A stretch of DNA of 41,394 bases from a virus. A program made the translations under genes and the position numbers. Location: positions 1 to 41,394 of IMG/VR virus record IMGVR_UViG_3300045988_021887; one strand, given 5' to 3'. Below, in pieces: positions 1 through 7,048 of the stretch. How positions within the stretch are numbered: the stretch's first letter is position 1; every line of letters begins with the position of its first letter. A model generated the notes under the pieces. That model worked only from the letters and a program-made list of their open reading frames with translations, was not told where the DNA came from and did no database searches.

Positions 1-55
1 TGATTTTTAAAATTTTTATTTACTATCTATATCATATATTTAAACTGTAAAAAAA
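1..55. repeat. Terminal direct repeat, identical to 41340..41394 (circular assembly overlap)
   Basis: Base-by-base identity of TGATTTTTAAAATTTTTATTTACTATCTATATCATATATTTAAACTGTAAAAAAA at both ends. A 55-nt length fits a k-mer overlap. Confidence 0.9.
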
Positions 56-59
56 TCAA
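31..59 (-). promoter_or_regulatory. Candidate leftward promoter for the repressor operon
   Basis: On the minus strand, -35 TTGATT (59..54), a 17-nt spacer and -10 TATGAT (36..31). The same sequence occurs at 41370..41394 upstream of the repressor ATG at 41323. Confidence 0.35.
34..50. promoter_or_regulatory. Degenerate operator-like site (13/17 match to the palindrome)
   Basis: ATATATTTAAACTGTAA compared with TTACAGTTTAACTGTAA. It overlaps the candidate leftward promoter. Confidence 0.35.
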
Positions 60-75
60 TTATTTTTTTAGAATT

Positions 76-92
76 TTACAGAAAAACTGTTG
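76..92. promoter_or_regulatory. Degenerate operator-like site
   Basis: TTACAGAAAAACTGTTG has a perfect left half-site TTACAG and a right half-site matching 4/6. Its centre is 20 bp from the perfect site. Confidence 0.35.
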
Positions 93-118
93 ACATTACA
101 GTTTAACTGTAATACAAT
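90..118 (+). promoter_or_regulatory. Rightward early promoter (sigma-A/sigma-70 consensus type)
   Basis: -35 TTGACA (90..95), a 17-nt spacer and -10 TACAAT (113..118), located 34 nt upstream of the cro-like start. The spacer is filled by the 17-bp palindrome. Confidence 0.7.
96..112. promoter_or_regulatory. Operator: 17-bp palindrome TTACAG-N5-CTGTAA
   Basis: TTACAGTTTAACTGTAA lies inside the promoter spacer. An identical copy is at 370..386. Confidence 0.65.
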
Positions 119-151
119 ACAATCAACAAATAGATAAAGCGAGGTGATAAA

Positions 152-364
152 TTGACACAAAAGATGTTTGTTAATGATGGGGTTACCTTAAAAGCTGCAC
201 GTGTTAATGCAGGTTTGACACAAAAGAAAGCAGCGGAAATGCTTGGTATTAGTGAATTTACACTAATCAACTACGAAAAAGGGAAATCCTCCCCAGATGT
301 TCACACACTAAAAAAGATTGAAAATCTTTATGGTGTGCCATATCATCGAATTATTTTTTTATAA
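152..364 (+). CDS. Cro-like XRE-family HTH regulator
   Basis: 70 aa with a TTG start 5 nt after GAGGTG. HTH motif GLTQKKAAEMLGISEFTLINYEKG. Divergent from the repressor gene. Confidence 0.8.
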   Translation: MTQKMFVNDGVTLKAARVNAGLTQKKAAEMLGISEFTLINYEKGKSSPDVHTLKKIENLYGVPYHRIIFL

Positions 365-369
365 TAAAA

Positions 370-386
370 TTACAGTTTAACTGTAA
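370..386. promoter_or_regulatory. Distal operator copy (identical 17-bp palindrome)
   Basis: TTACAGTTTAACTGTAA lies immediately after the cro-like stop, 274 bp centre to centre from 96..112. Confidence 0.6.
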
Positions 387-405
387 TTTTGAAAGAGGTG
401 ATTGT

Positions 406-645
406 GTGTTAGTACAAAATCAAAAAGATTTGAAGCTAGCCAACAAAAGATACGGTCAAAAATCAACAAGGTTTGGATGGGCCGGCAGAAACGATGAGTA
501 CGCACAATACTGGCGAAAACTCATCAAGGCTAAATGGTCTGAACGCCATCAATCAAGATGGAACAAGAAGGTTATCCTATCTTGGGTAAAGCTAGCTAGA
601 ACGGCTGATTTACACGCAAGGAACGAAATGAAATGGAAAGCCTAG
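406..645 (+). CDS. Hypothetical basic protein
   Basis: 79 aa with a GTG start after GAGGTG. Lys/Arg/Trp-rich, no family recognised. Confidence 0.5.
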   Translation: MLVQNQKDLKLANKRYGQKSTRFGWAGRNDEYAQYWRKLIKAKWSERHQSRWNKKVILSWVKLARTADLHARNEMKWKA

Positions 646-935
646 TATATACAGCTAGCCAAGTAGCAGAAATATTTCAAATTTCAATAACTGCAGTATA
701 TGACCTAAGAAATAAAGGCAAGCTAAAACAACTACCGAATGTAAGCGGTGTGAGGTTTAGTAAAAAAGAGGTCGAAGCACTAGCAGGAATTGAAAGTGAA
801 TACTCGGCTATTGGTTACAGAAAGTTGAAAAACGAGGTAGAACGATTAGAAAAAGAAAACAAAAGGTTAAAGAGTGAAATAAAAAAAATCACCAGCCAAA
901 TGCTAGTGATTGTAGGAGATGATTTGAATGATTAA
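633..935 (+). CDS. HTH (excisionase/MerR-like HTH_17 type) DNA-binding protein with C-terminal coiled coil
   Basis: YTASQVAEIFQISITAVYDLRNKGKL followed by EVERLEKENKRLKSEIKK. Early-operon position. Confidence 0.55.
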   Translation: MESLVYTASQVAEIFQISITAVYDLRNKGKLKQLPNVSGVRFSKKEVEALAGIESEYSAIGYRKLKNEVERLEKENKRLKSEIKKITSQMLVIVGDDLND

Positions 936-1119
936 GTTGTGTTACGCACTACGAACAATAACAGGGTTACTTGCTATTGGTGCGGTAGGAAGTATCGAAC
1001 TAGACCAAATAGGCTTATGGACTGGTTTTTTACAAATGATGTTAGGTATAACCACATGGCTATTAACCAGCTATTGGCTAGATGAATGTAAGATTTATGC
1101 AAATAAAAAAGTCCGCTAG
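928..1119 (+). CDS. Small membrane protein
   Basis: 63 aa with two hydrophobic helices (GLLAIGAVGSI, MMLGITTWLLTSYWL). Confidence 0.5.
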   Translation: MIKLCYALRTITGLLAIGAVGSIELDQIGLWTGFLQMMLGITTWLLTSYWLDECKIYANKKVR

Positions 1120-1147
1120 TGAAAAGTGTAGAAGAAGTTTAGCGGAC
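1111..1147 (+). terminator. Hairpin / weak intrinsic terminator
   Basis: 8-bp stem GTCCGCTA...TAGCGGAC with a 21-nt loop, then TTTG. A second 6-bp hairpin GTAGAG/CTCTAC follows at 1153..1177. Confidence 0.3.
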
Positions 1148-1204
1148 TTTGTGTAGAGATATTGGAAAATACTCTACTTGTATTTTAACACAAGGAGATT
1201 TTGA

Positions 1205-1693
1205 ATGCCAAGTTTATATGAACTAAATAAAGATTATAAAGAGTTGCAAGCGATGTTAGAGGTAGCTGAAACGGAAGAGGATATGCAAGCCATCCAAGAT
1301 ACTTTGGATATGTTAGATTGCAGTATCGATGAAAAAATCGAAAATACTGCAATGTTTATCCGAAACATTAAAGGTGATATTCAAGCGTTTAAGGATGAGT
1401 CCAAACGGCTAAGTGCTAAAGCTAAGACTTTGGAAAATATGACAGAACGATTGAAAAATAACATTGATCATGTCATGAAAGAAAACCAACTAACAGAAAA
1501 GAAAGTTGGACAATTTAAATGCTACTACAAAGCAAGCGAAACAGTAGAAATTGATAACTTGGATGCACTACCTGATGAGTTTAGAAAAGTAACAATCGCA
1601 GCAGACAAAGTAGCAATCAAGAAAGCTATCAAGAATGAACAAGAAGTAGCTGGTGCAAGAATTGAAACGCACATGAATTTACAGATTGGTTAG
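1205..1693 (+). CDS. Siphovirus Gp157-family protein
   Basis: 162 aa. The MPSLYEL..Y..L start, the coiled-coil centre and the position directly upstream of Erf are typical of Sipho_Gp157. Confidence 0.65.
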   Translation: MPSLYELNKDYKELQAMLEVAETEEDMQAIQDTLDMLDCSIDEKIENTAMFIRNIKGDIQAFKDESKRLSAKAKTLENMTERLKNNIDHVMKENQLTEKKVGQFKCYYKASETVEIDNLDALPDEFRKVTIAADKVAIKKAIKNEQEVAGARIETHMNLQIG

Positions 1694-1700
1694 GTGAAAC

Positions 1701-2291
1701 ATGGAATTTATAGAAAAAGTAGTAGCTATTCAATCGGAATTGAAAGCACCGAAAGGACAATATAATTCCTTTGGTAAATACAACTACCGCAGTTGTGAAG
1801 ATATTTTAGAGGGTGTTAAACCCTTGCTTGCTAAACATGGTTTAGTGTTGACTGTTCGAGATAGTATCGAGTTAATCGGTGATAGATACTACGTAAAAGC
1901 AACAGCAACTATCACGGATGGTAAAGAGCAACTATCCACAGATGCATACGCTAGAGAAAGCCTTGATAAAAAAGGTATGGATGCATCGCAAGTAACTGGT
2001 TCTACATCGTCTTACGCTAGAAAGTACGCACTTAATGGTTTGTTAGCAATAGACGATACAAAAGATGCTGACACAATGGACAATAGCAAAAAGCCAGCGC
2101 AACAAACGCAAGAAACTGTGTATAACTGGCAAACCCTAAAAGCTAGAGCCACACAAGGTGGTATTAGCGAAGATGATTTGAAACATTATCTAAAAGAAAC
2201 GCTAAAAGTTAATGAGTCAAAAGACATGACACAAGAACTTTATCAGCAAGCGTTTAATTGGGTAAATGCTCAAAGGTACGCTAAACGATGA
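1701..2291 (+). CDS. erf: ERF-family single-strand annealing recombinase
   Basis: Motifs KYNYRSCEDIL and GSTSSYARKYALNGLLAIDD are characteristic of Erf. Confidence 0.8.
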   Translation: MEFIEKVVAIQSELKAPKGQYNSFGKYNYRSCEDILEGVKPLLAKHGLVLTVRDSIELIGDRYYVKATATITDGKEQLSTDAYARESLDKKGMDASQVTGSTSSYARKYALNGLLAIDDTKDADTMDNSKKPAQQTQETVYNWQTLKARATQGGISEDDLKHYLKETLKVNESKDMTQELYQQAFNWVNAQRYAKR

Positions 2292-2845
2292 AGTGGAGTG
2301 TAAAAGGTATTGAACTATTACGTTCGCCGTTAGGTGTAATGGTAGTAATACCAGCACCACATGACAACGATCTATCAAAGATTACTACTGATAAAGAGTA
2401 CACAGTAGAAATCAAACGTAAAACTAAATCAAGAAGTCTAAATGCCAATTCTTATTGCTGGCTCATAGCACAGAAGATTGCAGTTGAGTTAAGCAAAAAT
2501 AGCTACACAACAAAAGAAGATGTATACAAAAAAGCTATAAAGGACTGTGGGCATTTCACATATGTTCCAGTCCGTGAGGATGCAGTCGAACGCTATATTC
2601 AAATATGGCAAGCACATGGTATCGGATGGCTAGCGGAAGATGCTGGCGAATGCCAAAGTCTAAAAGGGTATCACAACATAATGTGTTACCACGGCAGCAG
2701 CGTATACAACACAAAAGAAATGGCAAGGCTTATTGATTGTCTAACAGATGAATGTGAGCAACTAGGTATCAAGTTAGAACCTAGTGAATACATTCAATCA
2801 CTCATAGAGGGGTGGGAGAGTGAACAACAGAAAGAAAAGGGATAA
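2288..2845 (+). CDS. Recombination-module accessory protein (NinB/Orf-like or N-terminal part of HNHc_6-type putative nuclease)
   Basis: 185 aa with an ATGA overlap with erf. The KSRSLNANSYCWL motif resembles the RSLDQN segment of lambda NinB. The function call is weak. Confidence 0.45.
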   Translation: MKWSVKGIELLRSPLGVMVVIPAPHDNDLSKITTDKEYTVEIKRKTKSRSLNANSYCWLIAQKIAVELSKNSYTTKEDVYKKAIKDCGHFTYVPVREDAVERYIQIWQAHGIGWLAEDAGECQSLKGYHNIMCYHGSSVYNTKEMARLIDCLTDECEQLGIKLEPSEYIQSLIEGWESEQQKEKG

Positions 2846-3095
2846 CAAATTATATTCAGTAACACGAAAACAAGCCTATGAACGTGATAACGGACAATGC
2901 GTTATATGTGGCTATAGAGCAGAACAATGCCATCATATAGTGTTCCGTTCACAAGGTGGTTTAAGTGAATTAAGAAATCTAGCTTGCTTGTGTATGCAAT
3001 GCCACAATCAAGCACATGGAGTGTTCGCAAAAGAGATACGCAAGCACTTATTAGAGGAAGTAGAAAAGAGGACTGATGAATATGAAAAAAATTGA
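2820..3095 (+). CDS. HNH endonuclease
   Basis: CVICG...CHHIVFRSQGG...N..CLCMQCHNQAH. GTG start overlapping the previous ORF by 26 nt. Confidence 0.8.
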   Translation: MNNRKKRDNKLYSVTRKQAYERDNGQCVICGYRAEQCHHIVFRSQGGLSELRNLACLCMQCHNQAHGVFAKEIRKHLLEEVEKRTDEYEKN

Positions 3096-3303
3096 TGTAG
3101 TTGAACTATATGTAACAAAACGAATTGATGCGTTACAACGTGAAAATGGTGAGTATCAAATTCATAAAAAAGAAATCAATGAATTAAAAGAAGTGCTGGA
3201 TGTAATCGCAAAAACAAGAACTGTTAGATGTGGCAAGACTTTAACAAAGATTAATGGTTTTGATGTTGATAAACTCATTAAACAAACCACCAGTTATCTA
3301 TAA
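3076..3303 (+). CDS. Hypothetical protein
   Basis: 75-aa ORF in operon context. Confidence 0.5.
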   Translation: MNMKKIDVVELYVTKRIDALQRENGEYQIHKKEINELKEVLDVIAKTRTVRCGKTLTKINGFDVDKLIKQTTSYL

Positions 3304-3313
3304 GGACTAGCCT

Positions 3314-4135
3314 ATGAGTGATAACAAAAAGTATTACTATCTTAGATTAAAAGATAATTTCTTTGATAGTGATGAGTTGAAGATATTAGAAAGCATGAAA
3401 GATGGCTACTTGTACAGTAATGTTCTTTTAAAACTCTACTTACGAAGTCTAAAGAATGATGGAAAGTTAGTTGTTAATGATCGCATTCCTTACAACGCTG
3501 AAATGCTGGCAAGTGTAACTGGACACCAAATAGGAACAGTTAAACAAGCGTTATCAATCTTCAAGGACTTAGGACTAATCGATGTGCTAGAAAATGGTGC
3601 TATCTATATGTTGGATATTCAAAACTTCATTGGTAAAGGCAGTAGTGAGGCTGATAGAAAGAGGGAATATAGACAACGAATAGAAACAGATAGGACAAAT
3701 GTCCAGACAAATCTCCGACAAATCTCCGAGAAATCTCCACCAGAGATAGAGATAGAGTTAGAGAAAGAGATAAAGATAGAGAAAGAGATAGATAGTAGTG
3801 CAAAAAGCACTACAACAAAACGCAAGCGTTTTGAAAAACCTACTCTATCTGAAATCAAACAGTACTGTATTGAAAGAAATAACAATGTAAACGCTGAACA
3901 TTTCTTTGACTACTACGAAAGCAATGGCTGGAAAGTAGGAAAGAATTCCATGAAAGATTGGAAAGCAGCGGTTAGAACTTGGGAACGTAGCGAATACAGA
4001 AATGTAAAAGTGAGTAAGAAACAACAAGCCATTGATGTTGTTAATGATTTAATGCAAGAGTTTGGGGGTGCAAATGAACAATCAGCAACAGATAGTGAAA
4101 GCACTATCGATGTTACAGCTAGCGTACAGTACTGA
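3314..4135 (+). CDS. Phage replisome organizer (Phage_rep_org_N / DnaD-like)
   Basis: N-terminus YYYLRLKDNFFDSDELKILE...GYLYSNVLLKLYL. C-terminal segment FEKPTLSEIKQYC...AEHFFDYYESNGWKVG typical of this family. Confidence 0.8.
   Translation: MSDNKKYYYLRLKDNFFDSDELKILESMKDGYLYSNVLLKLYLRSLKNDGKLVVNDRIPYNAEMLASVTGHQIGTVKQALSIFKDLGLIDVLENGAIYMLDIQNFIGKGSSEADRKREYRQRIETDRTNVQTNLRQISEKSPPEIEIELEKEIKIEKEIDSSAKSTTTKRKRFEKPTLSEIKQYCIERNNNVNAEHFFDYYESNGWKVGKNSMKDWKAAVRTWERSEYRNVKVSKKQQAIDVVNDLMQEFGGANEQSATDSESTIDVTASVQY
3694..3797. repeat. Iteron array / candidate origin of replication inside the replisome-organizer gene
   Basis: GACAAATGTCC (3694..3704), then three tandem 11-bp units GACAAATCTCC, GACAAATCTCC, GAGAAATCTCC (3706..3738). 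A GAGATA/GAGAAA-rich tract follows, with GAGAAAGAGATA at 3761..3772 and 3779..3790. Confidence 0.6.
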
Positions 4136-4754
4136 TATGCCAAAGGAACGCATGAAATTATATGTTTATAAGCTATCAGATATCAACCCAGTTACGTTAG
4201 AACAAGCGGTGAATAATTTAATTGATAGATGTAAATTCTTACCAACGATTGCAGAAATCAGAGAGGAATGTTCCGCATTAAGTGCTTTTGTAAATGCACA
4301 TGAGGAACTTCCGACTGCACAAGATGCATGGGAAAGAGTGTATCAAGTAGCTAGATCATATGGCTATGAAAAGGGTTTAGATAAATTAGAGGGTTTAACA
4401 AAACAATGTGCCAAAGCAATTTGGAAGTCGTTTGACCCTCAAAATGGCGATAACTTCAACGAAACATCATGCAGGGCGCAGTTCGTTAAGAACTACGAAG
4501 TGCAAGAAATAAGAGAACGTGAGCGGTTGAGATTGTCTAATTCAATTAAAGACAATCACTTGTTATTAAAAGCAAGAGAAAAAGCAGAACGTGAACGTGC
4601 ATTGATTGGTGCTGGTCAAAAGCAAATAGAAATGACATCTACAGGAAACTTGGTAGAGGTAGCAAAAGAACCAGTTGATGTAACAGAAATAATCAACAAA
4701 AGCAAAATATCAGACAAAGGTAAAGCATTATTGAAACAAGCAATAGGGGGTTAA
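4074..4754 (+). CDS. Putative helicase-loader-like protein (G39P-like N-terminal region)
   Basis: ATG 4 nt after GGGGGTG (the ORF track starts at TTG 4062). LSDINPVTLEQAVNNLIDRCKFLPTIAEIREE resembles the SPP1 G39P family. Lies next to the replisome organizer. Confidence 0.45.
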   Translation: MNNQQQIVKALSMLQLAYSTDMPKERMKLYVYKLSDINPVTLEQAVNNLIDRCKFLPTIAEIREECSALSAFVNAHEELPTAQDAWERVYQVARSYGYEKGLDKLEGLTKQCAKAIWKSFDPQNGDNFNETSCRAQFVKNYEVQEIRERERLRLSNSIKDNHLLLKAREKAERERALIGAGQKQIEMTSTGNLVEVAKEPVDVTEIINKSKISDKGKALLKQAIGG

Positions 4755-4756
4755 AT

Positions 4757-4975
4757 GTGAAAGAAAGAGTGAAAAAGTTTGATGTAAGTGTAAACGTTAG
4801 TTTCAATGTTAGTTTTCAAGTGCTGGCAAATAATGAGGCGCAGGCAAGAGTAAAGATTGAAAACTTACTTGAAATCATGAGGAATGAGGCAACAGTAGAT
4901 TGCCATATTCATCCGAACTATGACGTCAAAACTAATGAAGTTGAAGTAGAGCTAAACCAGCTTAGTTATTGGTAA
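4757..4975 (+). CDS. Hypothetical protein
   Basis: 72 aa, GTG start 6 nt after AGGGGG. Confidence 0.5.
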   Translation: MKERVKKFDVSVNVSFNVSFQVLANNEAQARVKIENLLEIMRNEATVDCHIHPNYDVKTNEVEVELNQLSYW

Positions 4976-4988
4976 GTAAAGGAGAATT

Positions 4989-5375
4989 ATGAATACAGTA
5001 CAGATTTTAGGTAATTTAGCACGTGATCCAGAAGTGCGTTATACCCAAAGTGGTCGAGCGGTGGCCACATTCACAGTAGCAGCAACTAACACCTATATTG
5101 ACTCCACAACAAATGAAACGAAAGAACAAACTGCTTTCGTCAACTGTGTAGCATGGGGAAAGCTAGGTGAAAGTATCGGTAATTTGCGTAAAGGCAATAG
5201 AGCGTTTGTAGAGGGGCGCTTACAGACACGCAGTTACGAAACACAAGATGGACAAAAGAAGTATGTAACAGAAGTTGTAGCCAACTTTGTAGGAACATCA
5301 TTAACGAATGATGAAACTGCATCCAGCAACTTTGATAGTTTTGAACAACCACAAGATGAAAATGTTCCGTTCTAA
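4989..5375 (+). CDS. ssb: Single-stranded DNA-binding protein
   Basis: OB-fold N-terminus MNTVQILGNLARDPEVRYTQSGRAVATFTVA and an acidic C-terminal tail ending DENVPF. Confidence 0.9.
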   Translation: MNTVQILGNLARDPEVRYTQSGRAVATFTVAATNTYIDSTTNETKEQTAFVNCVAWGKLGESIGNLRKGNRAFVEGRLQTRSYETQDGQKKYVTEVVANFVGTSLTNDETASSNFDSFEQPQDENVPF

Positions 5376-5386
5376 GAGGTGATTGT

Positions 5387-5590
5387 ATGGTTAGGATTAC
5401 AGCATTTACAAATAGTGGGGTTAGGATTTTTGTAACGAAAGATTATGAAACGAAAAAAAGTTTTACAAGAGATTTAGGAAGAGCGCTTGACGGAAGAATG
5501 CAGTGCATATGGTTTGAGGACATAAACGGAATATTAGTAACTCTATCTCCTATAGGCTGCATTATCGAAGTTGAAGAAATCAAGGAGTAG
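5387..5590 (+). CDS. Small hypothetical protein, paralog of 5978..6175
   Basis: 67 aa. Aligns without gaps to the 5978 ORF product (N.G...K..F...F.D..G....SP..C.IE). Confidence 0.55.
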   Translation: MVRITAFTNSGVRIFVTKDYETKKSFTRDLGRALDGRMQCIWFEDINGILVTLSPIGCIIEVEEIKE

Positions 5591-5592
5591 TC

Positions 5593-5967
5593 ATGTTAGT
5601 AAAAAATGAAAATGAATGGTGCTGTTGTTTTGGCGGTTATGTAGGATATCCACAAAAAAGCATGGAGGATGCGGTTAATGATTTTGCGAAAATTTATCCA
5701 GATGTGGAAGTACAAAAAGTTAGAGTTGGGAATCCATATTACTATGTTCCAACTGTTCGTGCAGACAGTGTAATTGAAGATATTGTTGAATATGATCTTG
5801 ACAATGAAATAGCGGAGTGGTCGGAAGATTATCTACTAGATGTAAAACAAGAACATATAGACGAATTACAAGAAGAATTAACAACAGTATTTAGAAAGTG
5901 GGAAGAACGTAACGGATATAAAAATACATCTTTTGTGATTTTTGAAACGATTAATCCTTTTGAGTGA
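5593..5967 (+). CDS. Hypothetical acidic protein
   Basis: 124-aa ORF, tightly packed. Confidence 0.55.
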   Translation: MLVKNENEWCCCFGGYVGYPQKSMEDAVNDFAKIYPDVEVQKVRVGNPYYYVPTVRADSVIEDIVEYDLDNEIAEWSEDYLLDVKQEHIDELQEELTTVFRKWEERNGYKNTSFVIFETINPFE

Positions 5968-5977
5968 GGTGGTAAAC

Positions 5978-6175
5978 ATGGTTGAGTTATTAGTTGTGAT
6001 GAATTGTGGAACAAGTAGATATAAAACAGAAACTTTTAAAGATAAAAACGCTTTTATTGATGCTATAGATAATGTGCAAATAGGAAATAAAAAGTTAATT
6101 TGTTTCACAGATAAATCAGGTAGATATATCGCCGTATCTCCAACTAATTGCGTAATCGAATGTACTGATTGTTAG
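5978..6175 (+). CDS. Small hypothetical protein, paralog of 5387..5590
   Basis: ATG 5 nt after GAGGTGG (the ORF track starts earlier, at 5942). Confidence 0.55.
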   Translation: MVELLVVMNCGTSRYKTETFKDKNAFIDAIDNVQIGNKKLICFTDKSGRYIAVSPTNCVIECTDC

Positions 6176-6184
6176 TGGTGAGTG

Positions 6185-6646
6185 ATGAAAATACTTGATG
6201 CTTGTTGTGGCAGTAGAATGTTTTGGTTCGATAGGGAACACAAAGAAACTGTATATATGGACAAACGAACATTAGATACAACGCTTTGTGATGGTAGGAA
6301 GTTAATCGTAAAGCCTGATGTGATCGCAGATTTCCGTAAGATGCCTTTTGAAGATGAGAGTTTTCACTTGGTAGTGTTTGACCCACCACATTTATTAAAA
6401 GTAGGTGATAAATCATTTTTGGCATTGAAATATGGTCGATTAGAACAAACGTGGCAAGAGGATATAAAACAAGGCTTATCAGAGTGTTGGCGAGTACTAA
6501 AACAAAACGGAACGTTAATCTTTAAATGGAATGAAGAACAAGTAACGTTACCGATGGTTAAATGGTTACTTCCTAATGAGCCAATATTTGGCCAACGTAG
6601 AGGTAAAACAGTATGGTTAGTGTTTTTTAAGGATAAGGAGAAATAA
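6185..6646 (+). CDS. SAM-dependent DNA methyltransferase (amino-MTase, DPPH motif)
   Basis: Motif I-like ILDACCGS and motif IV VVFDPPH. About 153 aa. Confidence 0.65.
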   Translation: MKILDACCGSRMFWFDREHKETVYMDKRTLDTTLCDGRKLIVKPDVIADFRKMPFEDESFHLVVFDPPHLLKVGDKSFLALKYGRLEQTWQEDIKQGLSECWRVLKQNGTLIFKWNEEQVTLPMVKWLLPNEPIFGQRRGKTVWLVFFKDKEK

Positions 6647-6648
6647 AC

Positions 6649-7041
6649 ATGAATAAGATTGTATCCGCTTTATTGGTAGTAGTTATGATTGGTGCGGTAG
6701 TTTGGAGTTTTGCGTTTGGTGTTCCAATGTATATGGTTTGGCAGCAACAAAAGGCAGGCGAGGCAGAACTTGCTAGAGCGGAACAAAATAGGCAAGTTGC
6801 GGTATTAGAGGCTAAAGCAAAACTAGATAGTGCGGAAAGCCTAGCACAAGCGGAAGTAAAACGTGCAGAGGGTACTGCAAAAGCCAATCAAATTATCGGT
6901 CAATCATTGAAAGGTAATGAGGCATACATCCATTGGTTATGGGTAGATACTTTAAAAGATAGTAAAGACCAAATCATCTACATTCCAACAGAGGCTGGTG
7001 TGCCTATTACTGAAAGTTTCAGATTAAAAGAAAGTAAATAG
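6649..7041 (+). CDS. Membrane-anchored SPFH/Band-7 (prohibitin)-like protein
   Basis: N-terminal TM helix, then the Ala/Glu-rich segment AELARAEQNRQVAVLEAKAKLDSAESLAQAEVKRAEGTAKANQIIG...YIHWLW...IIYIPTE, like the C-terminal part of SPFH proteins. Confidence 0.5.
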   Translation: MNKIVSALLVVVMIGAVVWSFAFGVPMYMVWQQQKAGEAELARAEQNRQVAVLEAKAKLDSAESLAQAEVKRAEGTAKANQIIGQSLKGNEAYIHWLWVDTLKDSKDQIIYIPTEAGVPITESFRLKESK

Positions 7042-7048
7042 AACAATT

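Noticed and set aside
4062-4073. TTG start at 4062 for the loader-like gene
   Set aside because: The ATG at 4074 sits 4 nt after GGGGGTG, whereas the TTG would lie within the SD itself. The difference is only four codons.
3619-4143. Three antisense ORFs (3619..3885, 3845..4027, 3913..4143, minus strand) opposite the replisome-organizer gene
   Set aside because: They lie fully inside a well-supported plus-strand gene, have no SD and have low-complexity, hydrophobic translations. The purine-rich repeat tract explains the lack of stops on the opposite strand.
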